From positions 1,128,989-1,192,988 of the forward strand of contig MTMF02000009.1 of the NCBI GenBank assembly GCA_002011125.2: a stretch of 64,000 nt of DNA. The letters run 5' to 3'. The stretch's first letter is position 1; each line of letters opens with the position of its first letter. Below the pieces are notes generated by a model, which was not told the origin of the DNA, did no database searches, and saw only the letters and a list, made by a program, of their open reading frames with translations. Position numbers and translations under genes: made by a program. The DNA is from Candidatus Hydrothermarchaeum profundi. Its GTDB lineage: Archaea; Hydrothermarchaeota; Hydrothermarchaeia; Hydrothermarchaeales; Hydrothermarchaeaceae. Below, piece by piece: positions 36,337 to 46,276 of the stretch.

Positions 36337-37084
36337 AATTATAAGTACAATATGGATTAGGGAACTTAAGCGGTATTTTCGCGAGCGAGGGCAATTTTTG
36401 AGTACTATCTTTATATCTTTGCTCTGGCTCCTAATCTTCGGGATTGGGATAGGTTCGATGAGAGTAGGTCGATTGTCAAATTATCAGTCCTTTATTTATC
36501 CAGGAGTTATAGGTATGGCATTATTGGTGACTTCGATTAGGTCTGGTATAACAATAATAAGGGATAAGGAACTCGGATTTATCAATTTTCTTCTTATAGC
36601 CCCTGTATCAAGGAGTACTATCCTCATTGGCAAGACAATGGGGGCTATAACTATCACGTTGATCCAAGGTTTAATACTACTTGGGCTATCTTTTGTGGTA
36701 AATGTTGGTCTAAGTCTTTCAGCTGTGGCGTCTTCGATAGTTATTATGGCTCTAATGAGTATAGGGCTTGTTAGTATAGGGCAGGTGATAGCTTCTAGAA
36801 TGGAATCATTTGAAGGGTTCAATATGTTCATGAGTCTTTTAATAATGCCTATGTTTTTTTTAAGCGGGGCTTTATTTCCTATTAAGGGCCTCCCCGAGTG
36901 GCTGAGGATACTTAGTTATCTGAATCCCCTTACCTACGGTGTTGACGCTTTAAGAATAGTACTGATAGGTTCAGATTTCGCAGTTTTAGATTTGGTGGGA
37001 GATGTAATAATACTATTTTTCTTTTCTTTGATTATGCAGTTCTTTGCTTTAGTAGCTTTTAAAAAAATGGATATATTACCATAA
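36326..37084 (+). CDS. ABC-2 exporter permease
   Basis: RELKRYFR, FIYPGVI, PMFFLSGALFP, NPLTYGVDALR. Confidence 0.92.
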   Translation: MNIEIISTIWIRELKRYFRERGQFLSTIFISLLWLLIFGIGIGSMRVGRLSNYQSFIYPGVIGMALLVTSIRSGITIIRDKELGFINFLLIAPVSRSTILIGKTMGAITITLIQGLILLGLSFVVNVGLSLSAVASSIVIMALMSIGLVSIGQVIASRMESFEGFNMFMSLLIMPMFFLSGALFPIKGLPEWLRILSYLNPLTYGVDALRIVLIGSDFAVLDLVGDVIILFFFSLIMQFFALVAFKKMDILP

Positions 37085-37085
37085 G

Positions 37086-39038
37086 TTACTTAGAGAGATT
37101 AGATTCTCTCGTAACTCCCGGTAATGTAAAAGTTCCTTCCTTATATGCTAGCCTAGCAAATAAGTTGGGGTCAGGTACTTTCTCCAGATGCCACAGGAAA
37201 ATGTTATCATACAATAGATCGCTTGCAAGATCATGAACTACTTGAGCCTTGGAAGGTAACATCCCCATTCCTTGTAGCTTCATCATCATAGGGATCCTAT
37301 TCAGCGACCTTCCTCTATACTGGCTTCTTCTAGCTTCTAGGTATTCATCTGCAGAAAGACCCCTCGCCGCCCTCGCATATGCTTCCAACCATAACTTCTT
37401 CTCGGAAAATCCTCCGCTAAGTTTTTTGGCTTCCTCGACAGATGTAAGCTTTTCTAGATTATCCAGCAAAATAAAGCCTCGTATGTAGGTCCCCGTTAAC
37501 TCTTTAAGAGTCATAAAGTCCGGTTTTTGGATTAGTGATTTTTCAAGCTCTTGTCCTTTAACTACATTTTCTGTTAGATTAGTTAAGAAAATATCAAGAG
37601 GGGGGGTTGTAGCCTTTTCAGCCTCTTCTTTAATAATATCGACATCCACATCCAAGTAAAGTGGTCTATCTTTTATCATGTCTGAAAGAAATCTTGTTTT
37701 CTGAAGTTGGAATGCTTTCCTCTGACTACCTACCAATCTAAAATTCACTCCATCCACTAGGAATATGTGTCCCGTAGGGGTCCCATCTTCAATAATATCG
37801 AAGATATAGTTTGGTTCTCCATCATAATAATAAGGACCTCTTACGATTATTCCTTCGCCTTCTAATAGGAGGGGATATCCCTTCAAGACATCTCTAGCGG
37901 TCTCCAAGTCGATACCACCTGCTTTTATCGTTATGTCTACCGTATCTACATTTTTTATCTTATGGGATATCAGTTCCATTGGAGAGGGTACACGGAATTC
38001 ATCCGACGAGGCATAAGATTGAGAAGTAAATCCCAGAGTTATTGCTCCGATCACAAGTAGGGCTATAATAAACATTGGCCGTCTCCTCGTTAATATCAGC
38101 ACCGATATAGCCAATAGGATAATGATAGTAGGGCCACATACGGCTTTTCCACTTTCAGCTACTTTTTGAACACCAAGGCGTTTTTTTGCATTTTCAATTT
38201 CAGGAAGATAGTCATATGATAGAATATCTTTCCTTAAAGATATCTCACTATCTAGTATTTTCGCATTCTCTCCTACAAGCTCTACTTCCCTTAGAATACT
38301 CTCTTTAGTAACTACTATATCCCACTTCTCCCTAATAGTAGTACCTGGAGGATACTCTTCTAATTCCCCCGTGAACACCTTTAAATCTAGTCCCAGTTGT
38401 AAGTAATCCGAGAATACTTTGTCATATGCTTCAATTAGTTTTTGAAATCCTTCATATGAGTACTTACCTGTTGCTGAGGATTCATGGATTTCTATTAAGA
38501 GGTTAGGGGGCGTTCTGCTGTACCTGAAGGTGTAAGAATCTTCAGGATAAAGTATAGAGTTGGTAATTCTACTTACTTCGGCAATATCTTCTGCGAGTTT
38601 CTCATAGTCTGTCAGGAAAGTTTCTAATTGTACTCTCTCCTCGTCTGTTAAGGTTGAAAAACTGGCGAAGTTTCTCACATTTTGTGTTTCATATTTTGCT
38701 GCAAGAGGTATCTTTGTATAATCTCCTATAGCATAGAATAACGGATCCCAGAGAGTCAGAGTTTTAAGGTCTCTTGTTGCGAACACTTTTCGCATGACTT
38801 CTGCATCGGTAACGAACTGTGATTTTAATTCATCATAAACTAACGACCCCTTCTTCTCCCCCATTAGCATATAATCAGCTATGAAATAGGGGTTGTTATC
38901 AACGTAAAACGGTCCCTCTATTAAAATAGCCTCTCCATTAGAGTATTTAGTTGCGGATTCTCTTACTTCGTTTGGTGATGCATATACGGGAGATATCAGT
39001 AAAATAACAGCCAATAATGTACAAAGTACTTTCATCAT
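37086..39038 (-). CDS. Secreted/surface protein with two related domains and an internal CGP-CTERM-like segment
   Basis: N-terminal signal peptide (..SPVYA); central VCGPTIIILLAISVLILTRRR followed by a second hydrophobic segment. Confidence 0.75.
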   Translation of the reverse strand: MMKVLCTLLAVILLISPVYASPNEVRESATKYSNGEAILIEGPFYVDNNPYFIADYMLMGEKKGSLVYDELKSQFVTDAEVMRKVFATRDLKTLTLWDPLFYAIGDYTKIPLAAKYETQNVRNFASFSTLTDEERVQLETFLTDYEKLAEDIAEVSRITNSILYPEDSYTFRYSRTPPNLLIEIHESSATGKYSYEGFQKLIEAYDKVFSDYLQLGLDLKVFTGELEEYPPGTTIREKWDIVVTKESILREVELVGENAKILDSEISLRKDILSYDYLPEIENAKKRLGVQKVAESGKAVCGPTIIILLAISVLILTRRRPMFIIALLVIGAITLGFTSQSYASSDEFRVPSPMELISHKIKNVDTVDITIKAGGIDLETARDVLKGYPLLLEGEGIIVRGPYYYDGEPNYIFDIIEDGTPTGHIFLVDGVNFRLVGSQRKAFQLQKTRFLSDMIKDRPLYLDVDVDIIKEEAEKATTPPLDIFLTNLTENVVKGQELEKSLIQKPDFMTLKELTGTYIRGFILLDNLEKLTSVEEAKKLSGGFSEKKLWLEAYARAARGLSADEYLEARRSQYRGRSLNRIPMMMKLQGMGMLPSKAQVVHDLASDLLYDNIFLWHLEKVPDPNLFARLAYKEGTFTLPGVTRESNLSK

Positions 39039-39092
39039 CTTTCAATTTTAAAAATTATATTTAAATAAGTTTGTGGAAAAGTATATAATATA

Positions 39093-41174
39093 ATGAAAGA
39101 AACAAGCCGTCCCCCTCTCTTAGAGGGCGATGAGAATTTCTCGAACATTGACTATTTTAATGCACTCATATCCAACATGGCAGACGGAATTATGCTTATT
39201 AATAAAAATTATATCATAACAGAGGCTAACCCCGCAGCTTGTAGGTTATTGAGGCTTAATAGGAAGGATGTAATAGGAAAGAATTGTTACACTGTATCTC
39301 ACAAAAGGACGAGACGTTGTTTTCCTACTAGAAATTGTCCTGTGAAAAAAGTCTTTGAAAGTTCTAAGCCCTGTAGAGTTGTTCACAAACATTTTGATGC
39401 TGCAGGGAATCCCTTTATTGTAGAGTTAACAGCGTCTCCTCTCTTCGGTAAAAACGGGGAAGTTATTCAAGTATTGGAAATTTCGAGGGATATTACGGAG
39501 AGAATGAAAATTGAACAGAAACTTGAGAAGTATAGTAAAGAGCTTGAAAAAAGGGTAGTAGAGAGGACGAAAATTATACAAAAACATGCAGAAGAGCTGG
39601 CTTTACTTCAGAAAGTGAATAATGCAATTAATAGAGCACTACCCCTAGAAAAAGTCCTTCAAATAGTCGTTGATGGGTTAACGTCTTCTTTTGAATACGA
39701 TGCCAGTGGCATTACCCTTCTCGATAAGAATAAAAGATATTTATATTCAATTGCAGTTTCATCTAGCTTGGATCTAATTAGGAAAGTAGAAGACTTTACC
39801 GGCATGACTCTTAAAGATTACAGGACTCCTCTTTTTGAAGGTAGCATATATAAAAAGCTAGTAGAGTATAAAGAGCCTCTTTTCACAGAGAACATAGTTA
39901 AAGTTTTTGAGCATTTTACGGATAATAAAGATCTTAGAGTCCTCGCTGAGGGTATAGCTGAGATAACAGGATTCAAGTCTGCTATCGGGGTCCCTCTAAC
40001 TGCGGGCGATAAGGTTATAGGTATACTTGGAGTAGCAAGTTCAAAAAAGCTTACTGAAGAAGATGTTGAAAGACTTAAGAGAATTGCTTCTCAGTCGGGT
40101 ATAGCGATTGAGAAGGCCAAACTTGAAAATGAGATAAGGGAATCTGAAAAAAAATTCCATAGTATTTTTGAGTTTGCATATGATGGGATTTTCTTAATCA
40201 ATGAGGAGGGGGCTTTTACTATGGTTAATAAGAAAGCATGCCAGATGACGGGTTTTTCAAAGGAAGAGCTGCTTAAAATGGATATAAGAGAGCTTATCAT
40301 GGAGGAAGATTTCAATACTTTTAATTTTAATAAAGGGGAAGATTTCGTAAATGAAACAAAAATTAGGAGAAAGAATGGAGAATTCATTTTCGTAGAGCAA
40401 AGCATAGCACCAATTGTAATAGGAGGTAAAAAATACTATCAGATTATTGCAAGGGACATTACTGAAAAGAAAAAGTTAGAAAAAGAAAAAGAGAAGCTAG
40501 TAAGGCAATTATACCAAGCTGATAAACTTGCTTCTATTGGTCTACTAGCTGCGGGGGTTGCCCATAGCATTAACAATCCTTTAACTTCTATATCTCTGAA
40601 TGCTGAAATTCTAAAAAGAAAAATTAAAGATAGGGATATAAAAAAGAAAATAGAGACAATTGAAGAGCAAGTAAATATAGTTGCTTCAATTACAAAGAGT
40701 CTCTTAGATTTTTCTATGGAAATAAGATCGGAAGATAAAATGGTAGATTTAAATGAAATTATTAAAAAAGACCTTGAAACATTATCTTTTTCATTAAAAG
40801 AAATATATGTATACAAAGACCTTGGAAAAATACCTAAAATAAAGGGGAATGCAAGTAAGCTACATCAGCTATTCATGAACTTATTCATGAATTCAATTCA
40901 TGCGATGCCTACTGGTGGGAACTTAAAAGTTTCAACTGTAAAAGAGGGGGTTAATGTTATAGTCACAGTATCAGATACTGGGCAGGGTATACCCAAGGAA
41001 TATTTGTCTAAGATCTTTGATCCCTTCTTCACTACAAAGGAAGTTGGAGAGGGTACTGGACTAGGGCTGAGCATATGTCATGGAATTGTTAAAGAGCATG
41101 GTGGAGTGATAGATGTTGAAAGCGAGTTGGGAAAAGGCACGACTTTCAAAATAAGGTTTCCTGTAAGGAGCTAA
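39093..41174 (+). CDS. Cytoplasmic PAS-GAF-PAS sensor histidine kinase
   Basis: Two PAS domains ending RDITE, a GAF domain (IGVPL..IGIL), H-box AHSINNPL, N-box NSIHA, DTGQGI, FDPFFTTK..GTGLGL. Confidence 0.95.
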   Translation: MKETSRPPLLEGDENFSNIDYFNALISNMADGIMLINKNYIITEANPAACRLLRLNRKDVIGKNCYTVSHKRTRRCFPTRNCPVKKVFESSKPCRVVHKHFDAAGNPFIVELTASPLFGKNGEVIQVLEISRDITERMKIEQKLEKYSKELEKRVVERTKIIQKHAEELALLQKVNNAINRALPLEKVLQIVVDGLTSSFEYDASGITLLDKNKRYLYSIAVSSSLDLIRKVEDFTGMTLKDYRTPLFEGSIYKKLVEYKEPLFTENIVKVFEHFTDNKDLRVLAEGIAEITGFKSAIGVPLTAGDKVIGILGVASSKKLTEEDVERLKRIASQSGIAIEKAKLENEIRESEKKFHSIFEFAYDGIFLINEEGAFTMVNKKACQMTGFSKEELLKMDIRELIMEEDFNTFNFNKGEDFVNETKIRRKNGEFIFVEQSIAPIVIGGKKYYQIIARDITEKKKLEKEKEKLVRQLYQADKLASIGLLAAGVAHSINNPLTSISLNAEILKRKIKDRDIKKKIETIEEQVNIVASITKSLLDFSMEIRSEDKMVDLNEIIKKDLETLSFSLKEIYVYKDLGKIPKIKGNASKLHQLFMNLFMNSIHAMPTGGNLKVSTVKEGVNVIVTVSDTGQGIPKEYLSKIFDPFFTTKEVGEGTGLGLSICHGIVKEHGGVIDVESELGKGTTFKIRFPVRS

Positions 41175-41179
41175 ATTAG

Positions 41180-41854
41180 ATGGCTAGAATATTAATAATT
41201 GACGACGACCCTAATATCTGTGAGTCGCTCTCTGAAATACTTAAAGATGAAGGGCATGAAGTTGTTACAGCACTTTCTCCTGAAGCCGGTTTAAAAGAAC
41301 TTACTAAAAGCGAGTTTCAGCTAGCTTTGGTTGATTTAGTCATGCCGAAACTGAGCGGTATAGAAGTACTAAGTTATATCAAAAGGACTAGTCCGAAAGT
41401 TCAGGTGATTATGATCACAGCGTTTGGTACAATCGAGAATGCCGTTGAGGCGATGAAAAGAGGAGCAAGCGACTATATTTCAAAGCCCTTCAAAGTAAAT
41501 GAGATACAGACAAGCATAAACCGTGCATTGGAAGAAGCTAAGTTTAGTGATCTAGAAAAAAAGATTGAAGTAAAAAAACTTAATGAAATCTCGATTGAGG
41601 ATGCGGGGGAACTATTGGATGCACTAGCAAATCCGATACGAAGAAGTGTAGTAGAATTGTTAGGAAAATCTGGAAGGGCAAGTTTTACGAGAATACGCAC
41701 TAACCTTAAAATCGATGATCCTACAAAATTGAGCTTCCACCTAAGAAAACTGAAAAAAAGTGGGATAGTAGAGCAAGATGAAGATAAAATATACTCCTTG
41801 AGTATTACCGGAGAGAAAGTCTTGAATATTCTGAGAAAATTGATGGTAGATTAG
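41180..41854 (+). CDS. Response regulator, REC plus C-terminal ArsR-like winged helix
   Basis: IIDDD, VDLVMP, ITAF, KPF; C-terminal ALANPIRR...LSFHLRKLKKSGIV...YSLS. Confidence 0.92.
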   Translation: MARILIIDDDPNICESLSEILKDEGHEVVTALSPEAGLKELTKSEFQLALVDLVMPKLSGIEVLSYIKRTSPKVQVIMITAFGTIENAVEAMKRGASDYISKPFKVNEIQTSINRALEEAKFSDLEKKIEVKKLNEISIEDAGELLDALANPIRRSVVELLGKSGRASFTRIRTNLKIDDPTKLSFHLRKLKKSGIVEQDEDKIYSLSITGEKVLNILRKLMVD

Positions 41855-41967
41855 GAAGATTGATGTATTCAAAAAATATAGAAGATGTTGAAAGAATATT
41901 TTTCTTGTTTATTATCAAATTTTACGTTCCTGAAAGCTTTTTATAGGTATTTGGCGGATTTTCAATT

Positions 41968-42615
41968 ATGCAACTTAAGCAGAGATTTGTTTTGGATACG
42001 ACCGCATTAACTTCAGTCGAACTCAGGGAAGGAAAAACATTGTGCGAGACGATAGAAAAAATTTTAAATCTTATAGCTGAAGCTAGGATAAAACTGAATA
42101 TATCATGTCACATTCCTTATCCAACGGTCTATAATGAGCTGGTCGGTTTCATGAAGAGGTACAATTGTCCTGAAGAACTCTTTGTTGAAGTTGATACTTG
42201 GCTGGTTAAAAAGACTCCAGATAGATATGAGGTAAAGATCCCTGCAGCAGTATTTTATGAGTATATAAAAGATATGAGAGAAAGGATGAACAAAGGAATG
42301 AAGGTTGCCGAGGGGGGTATTTGGTTATCTTCAGAAGAAGCGCTTAAGCAAAGAGATAAGAAAAAAACTGGTGAAGAAGATTCTACCGGAGCGATTATAA
42401 AGGACTTCCGAGCTAAGTATAGAAATGCCTTAAGATACGGTACTTTGGATTCTGCACCGGATCTTGACGTTCTCCTGCTTGCCAAAGAAATGGATGCTGG
42501 TGTGGTTGCGAGCGATGAGGGTATTAAGAAATGGGCAGAGAGTCTAGGCCTCAGATACGTAGAAGGACATACTTTCCCTAAAATGCTTGAAGAGTACTTG
42601 AAGCATATGAGGTAA
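41968..42615 (+). CDS. RNA-free ribonuclease P (HARP, Aq880-like)
   Basis: [61 protein letters not shown]. Confidence 0.9.
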   Translation: MQLKQRFVLDTTALTSVELREGKTLCETIEKILNLIAEARIKLNISCHIPYPTVYNELVGFMKRYNCPEELFVEVDTWLVKKTPDRYEVKIPAAVFYEYIKDMRERMNKGMKVAEGGIWLSSEEALKQRDKKKTGEEDSTGAIIKDFRAKYRNALRYGTLDSAPDLDVLLLAKEMDAGVVASDEGIKKWAESLGLRYVEGHTFPKMLEEYLKHMR

Positions 42616-42619
42616 CCCT

Positions 42620-43906
42620 ATGGAATTTTCGAGACCTAGAGGTACTAGAGATTTTTTGCCGGAGGAGACTTCTAAGAGAAGGTGGGTTGAAAATATAATT
42701 AGAGATACATTTGAGAGATATGGTTATAAAGAAGTCCAGACTCCTACTTTTGAGCACTTAGAGCTAATAACAGCCAAATCTGGAGATGAGATAAGGGCGC
42801 ACTTATATCACTTCAAAGATAAATCTAATCGGGATATTGCATTAAGGCCGGAATTTACTGCGCCTGTGATGAGATTATACGTTAATGAATTACAGTCTAG
42901 ACCTAAGCCATTGAAATTATACTATTTTGGCAACTGTTTTAGATATGAAAGACCTCAGTCAGGCAGATTTAGAGAATTTTGGCAGGCAGGAGTAGAGTTG
43001 ATAGGTTCAGGGTATCCTGAAGCAGAAGCAGAGGTTATCGCTCTGACGGTTGAAACCTTGAAAAAGCTTGGATTGCAAGAGTTTGAAACTCATATAGGTC
43101 ACATAGGAGTACTGCGGAAGGTGCTTAAAAAAAGTGGAGTCGAAGAAAATGATCAAAATCTTGTTCTGGGCCTTATAGATAAGGGTGAGATAGAGGAATT
43201 GAAGAACGTTCTTGATGAACTGAGACTAAAAGAAAAGGATAAGCAACTTATTTTTAATCTGCTTAATTTGGTGGGGAGGAACGAGGTAATTTTGAAAGCT
43301 GAAACTCTTCTTAGAGGTAATATTGATGCGTTGAAAGAGCTGGAAAGGCTTAGAGAAGTTCTGAGATGGCTGAAAGAATTTGGTGTAAGTGATTATCATG
43401 TTAATTTTGGGATTGCTAGAGGATTAGATTATTATACTGGTGTAGTCTTTGAGATATACTCAAAGAAGCTAAAAGCCCAAAAACAAATTTGCGGTGGAGG
43501 CAGCTATTCTCTGGCGGAGGTATTTGGTGGCGAAAAAGTAGCTACATGTGGATTTGCGTTTGGTTTCGATAGAGTCGTTCTGGCACTAGAGGCGGAGGGG
43601 GTAGATCTGGGTGCAAAAGCAAAAAAAGAGTTCCTAGTAGTAATGACGGGAGAGAGTCTTCTTCCTAAAGCGATTGAAATAGCTAGCATGATACGCAATA
43701 GGTTTCCCTGCCATGTTGATTTAATGCGGCGGCGGCTTGGTAAGGCTTTAGCTTATGCCAATAGCATCGGCATACCTTTCGTAGTTATCGTAGGTGAGGA
43801 AGAGTTGAAAGAAGATAAAGTCATACTCAGAGACATGAAGACAGGATCTCAAAAAGAAGTTTCTATTAAAAACATAGAAAAAGATATTTTGAAAGTGATA
43901 GAATGA
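42620..43906 (+). CDS. hisS: Histidine--tRNA ligase
   Basis: PRGTRDFLP, LRPEFT, FRYERPQSGRFREFWQ, RGLDYYTG, GGGSY. Confidence 0.97.
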   Translation: MEFSRPRGTRDFLPEETSKRRWVENIIRDTFERYGYKEVQTPTFEHLELITAKSGDEIRAHLYHFKDKSNRDIALRPEFTAPVMRLYVNELQSRPKPLKLYYFGNCFRYERPQSGRFREFWQAGVELIGSGYPEAEAEVIALTVETLKKLGLQEFETHIGHIGVLRKVLKKSGVEENDQNLVLGLIDKGEIEELKNVLDELRLKEKDKQLIFNLLNLVGRNEVILKAETLLRGNIDALKELERLREVLRWLKEFGVSDYHVNFGIARGLDYYTGVVFEIYSKKLKAQKQICGGGSYSLAEVFGGEKVATCGFAFGFDRVVLALEAEGVDLGAKAKKEFLVVMTGESLLPKAIEIASMIRNRFPCHVDLMRRRLGKALAYANSIGIPFVVIVGEEELKEDKVILRDMKTGSQKEVSIKNIEKDILKVIE

Positions 43907-44295
43907 AAAATATTATTGAAGAAGTAAATTTTAGGATAAAGCGAGACGGGGAGGACTTGGCTATAGCTGTTGCACAAGATTTTAAGACCAATGAAGTTCT
44001 TATGGTGGCGTTCATTAATGCTGAGGCATTAGAAAAAACATTGAGAACCGGAAAAATGCATTATTTCAGTACTTCTAGGAAAAAAATCTGGTTAAAAGGT
44101 GAAAGTTCGAGACATTATCAACTGGTAAGGGAGATATTGATCGACTGCGATGGCGATGCCTTACTTTTTAAGGTTGATCAACAAGATGCTGCATGCCACG
44201 AGGGATACTACTCTTGTTTTTTTAGGAAAATCGAAAATGGTCAGATTAAGGTGGTTGGAAAGAGAATTTTTGACCCAAAAGATGTTTACGGATAA
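43903..44295 (+). CDS. hisI: Phosphoribosyl-AMP cyclohydrolase
   Basis: SRKKIWLKGESS, DCDGDALL, ACHEGYYSCFF. Confidence 0.96.
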   Translation: MKNIIEEVNFRIKRDGEDLAIAVAQDFKTNEVLMVAFINAEALEKTLRTGKMHYFSTSRKKIWLKGESSRHYQLVREILIDCDGDALLFKVDQQDAACHEGYYSCFFRKIENGQIKVVGKRIFDPKDVYG

Positions 44296-44331
44296 AAATA
44301 TTTAGTATACTTTAGAAAAAAATATTCGGGG

Positions 44332-46134
44332 ATGTTGAATAATATGAAAATAATTATACCAGACACTTCGGTGATAATAGATGGAAGGATCACTCAATTA
44401 GTTAAAAGGAAAGAATACAGGGGATGTAAGGTTTTAATTTCTGAGGCAGTAGTAGCCGAATTAGAGAATCAAGCAAATAAGGGAAAAGAGAGCGGGTTTA
44501 AGGGATTAGAGGAGCTTGTAAGGCTGAGGGATTACTCTAAGGAGGGTATTATTGAACTAGAACACGTAGGGAGGAGACCAAGGATTTCAGAGTTCAAAGA
44601 CATAGACGACATCATAAGAAATACGGCTAAGGAGGCAGATGGTCTATTAGTCACAAGTGATAGAATCCAGGCCAGAGTTAGCGAGACTAAAGGGATTAAT
44701 GTTCTTTATCTTAGGAAAAAAAGGGTAAAAAAGGAACTTCGTATATTAAAATACTTCGATCACGACACTATGTCAGTTCATCTGCGTGATAAAGTAGTGC
44801 CTATGGCAAAAAGAGGTAAGCCAGGGAATATAAAACTGGTAAAGCTGTCTGATAAGCCCTTAAAAGAAAGGGAGCTAGTAAAAATCGCGAGAGAGATTAT
44901 TGAGTATGCTAGAGTTGACCCTGACAGTTTTATTGAAATAGAAAGGAAAGGCGCAACCGTAGTACAGCTTAAGCAGATTAGGATCGCTATAGCTAGACCT
45001 CCTTTCGCTGATGGCTTTGAGATCACTGCCGTTAGACCTATTGCAGATGTCAAGTTAGATGACTATAAACTCTCTGAGAGACTTTTAAATAGACTTAAAG
45101 AAAGCGCAGAAGGAATATTTGTAGCAGGTCCTCCCGGTGCTGGAAAGTCAACTTTCTCGCAGGCATTAGCTGAGTTCTACAAGAATCAAGGTAAAATAGT
45201 GAAAACAATGGAGTCGCCTAGAGATTTAGTGGTATCGGATGAAATTACCCAATACGGTCCATTGGAAGGGGAGATGGAGAAAACAGCAGATATCCTCTTG
45301 CTAGTTAGACCGGACTACACAATCTACGATGAGGTAAGAAAAACCAATGACTTCCGGATTTTTGCAGATATGCGATTAGCTGGGGTTGGCATGGTAGGAG
45401 TAACCCATGCAAATAAGGGCATAGACGCAATACAAAGGCTAATAGGTAGAGTAGAACTTGGAATGATACCCCAGATAGTAGATACGGTTATCTTCATCAA
45501 AGACGGCAGGATAGAAAAAGTGTATAAAGTAATGTTCACAGTTAAAGTTCCAGCGGGAATGATGGAGGCAGATCTAGCAAGACCCGTAATAGAAGTTAGA
45601 GATTTTGAAACAGACATAGCTGAATATGAAATATACACATTTGGCGAAGAGACCGTGGTTATGCCTGTTGGAAAGGAGGAGAGGACTGTTACAGAAAAAC
45701 TCGCCGCTGAGAGGGTTTATCAAGAGATCAAGAAGTATGCTCGGAATGCGCGTATAGACGTAGAGGTAACAGGATCAAGTGCAATTGTTTGGATAGATGA
45801 TAAATATATCCCTAAAATTATTGGTAGGCAGGGGAAAAAAATTGAGAAGATAGAAAGGGCTTTAGGCATTGGCATAGATATACGGCCTCTTGAAAATAAA
45901 TCCGAAAGGGAAGAAGTAATCAAAATAACGTTAGAAGAGACAGATAAGTATGTGCACCTGATTGCCGGACCTGAATATGCTGGAAAAATGGTTGAGATTT
46001 ATAAAGATGGAGAATACCTTTTTACTGCTACAATAGGTAGAAAAGGCGAGTTAAAGGTAGCCAAAAATTCTGATTTTGGTAGAGAGCTAATAGATGCTAG
46101 GGAGATCACTGCGAAATCAATTCGAAAGGTTTAA
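44332..46134 (+). CDS. PINA: PIN domain-ATPase-KH protein (Holliday junction branch migration)
   Basis: PDTSVIIDG, TMSVHL, GPPGAGKSTF, MESPRDL, RPDYTIYDEVR, KH motif IIGRQGK. Confidence 0.93.
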   Translation: MLNNMKIIIPDTSVIIDGRITQLVKRKEYRGCKVLISEAVVAELENQANKGKESGFKGLEELVRLRDYSKEGIIELEHVGRRPRISEFKDIDDIIRNTAKEADGLLVTSDRIQARVSETKGINVLYLRKKRVKKELRILKYFDHDTMSVHLRDKVVPMAKRGKPGNIKLVKLSDKPLKERELVKIAREIIEYARVDPDSFIEIERKGATVVQLKQIRIAIARPPFADGFEITAVRPIADVKLDDYKLSERLLNRLKESAEGIFVAGPPGAGKSTFSQALAEFYKNQGKIVKTMESPRDLVVSDEITQYGPLEGEMEKTADILLLVRPDYTIYDEVRKTNDFRIFADMRLAGVGMVGVTHANKGIDAIQRLIGRVELGMIPQIVDTVIFIKDGRIEKVYKVMFTVKVPAGMMEADLARPVIEVRDFETDIAEYEIYTFGEETVVMPVGKEERTVTEKLAAERVYQEIKKYARNARIDVEVTGSSAIVWIDDKYIPKIIGRQGKKIEKIERALGIGIDIRPLENKSEREEVIKITLEETDKYVHLIAGPEYAGKMVEIYKDGEYLFTATIGRKGELKVAKNSDFGRELIDAREITAKSIRKV

Positions 46135-46147
46135 TAGTAGGGAATAG

Positions 46148-46234
46148 AATAAGGCACCAGGAGGCCTGAGCGAGGAGGTAGGAGATTGTTTTTTAGAAAT
46201 AGGGAGGTGATCTCAAACCTCCTAGTGCCTCATT
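46148..46234 (-). ncRNA. Candidate structured small RNA: 23-bp stem with an anti-SD-containing 41-nt loop
   Basis: 46148-46170 pairs with 46212-46234; all four DNA mismatches are G.U pairs on the minus strand. TATA-like TTTAAG lies about 25 nt upstream. Confidence 0.6.
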
Positions 46235-46276
46235 TCCGTAAAAAAGGAATAACGACTTAAATGATTTGTGCATAAA

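Noticed and set aside
46200-46215. 16S rRNA gene or fragment (GATCACCTCC on the minus strand)
   Set aside because: Only 10 nt match, and the preceding helix-45 sequence (GGGGAACCTGCGG-like) is absent.
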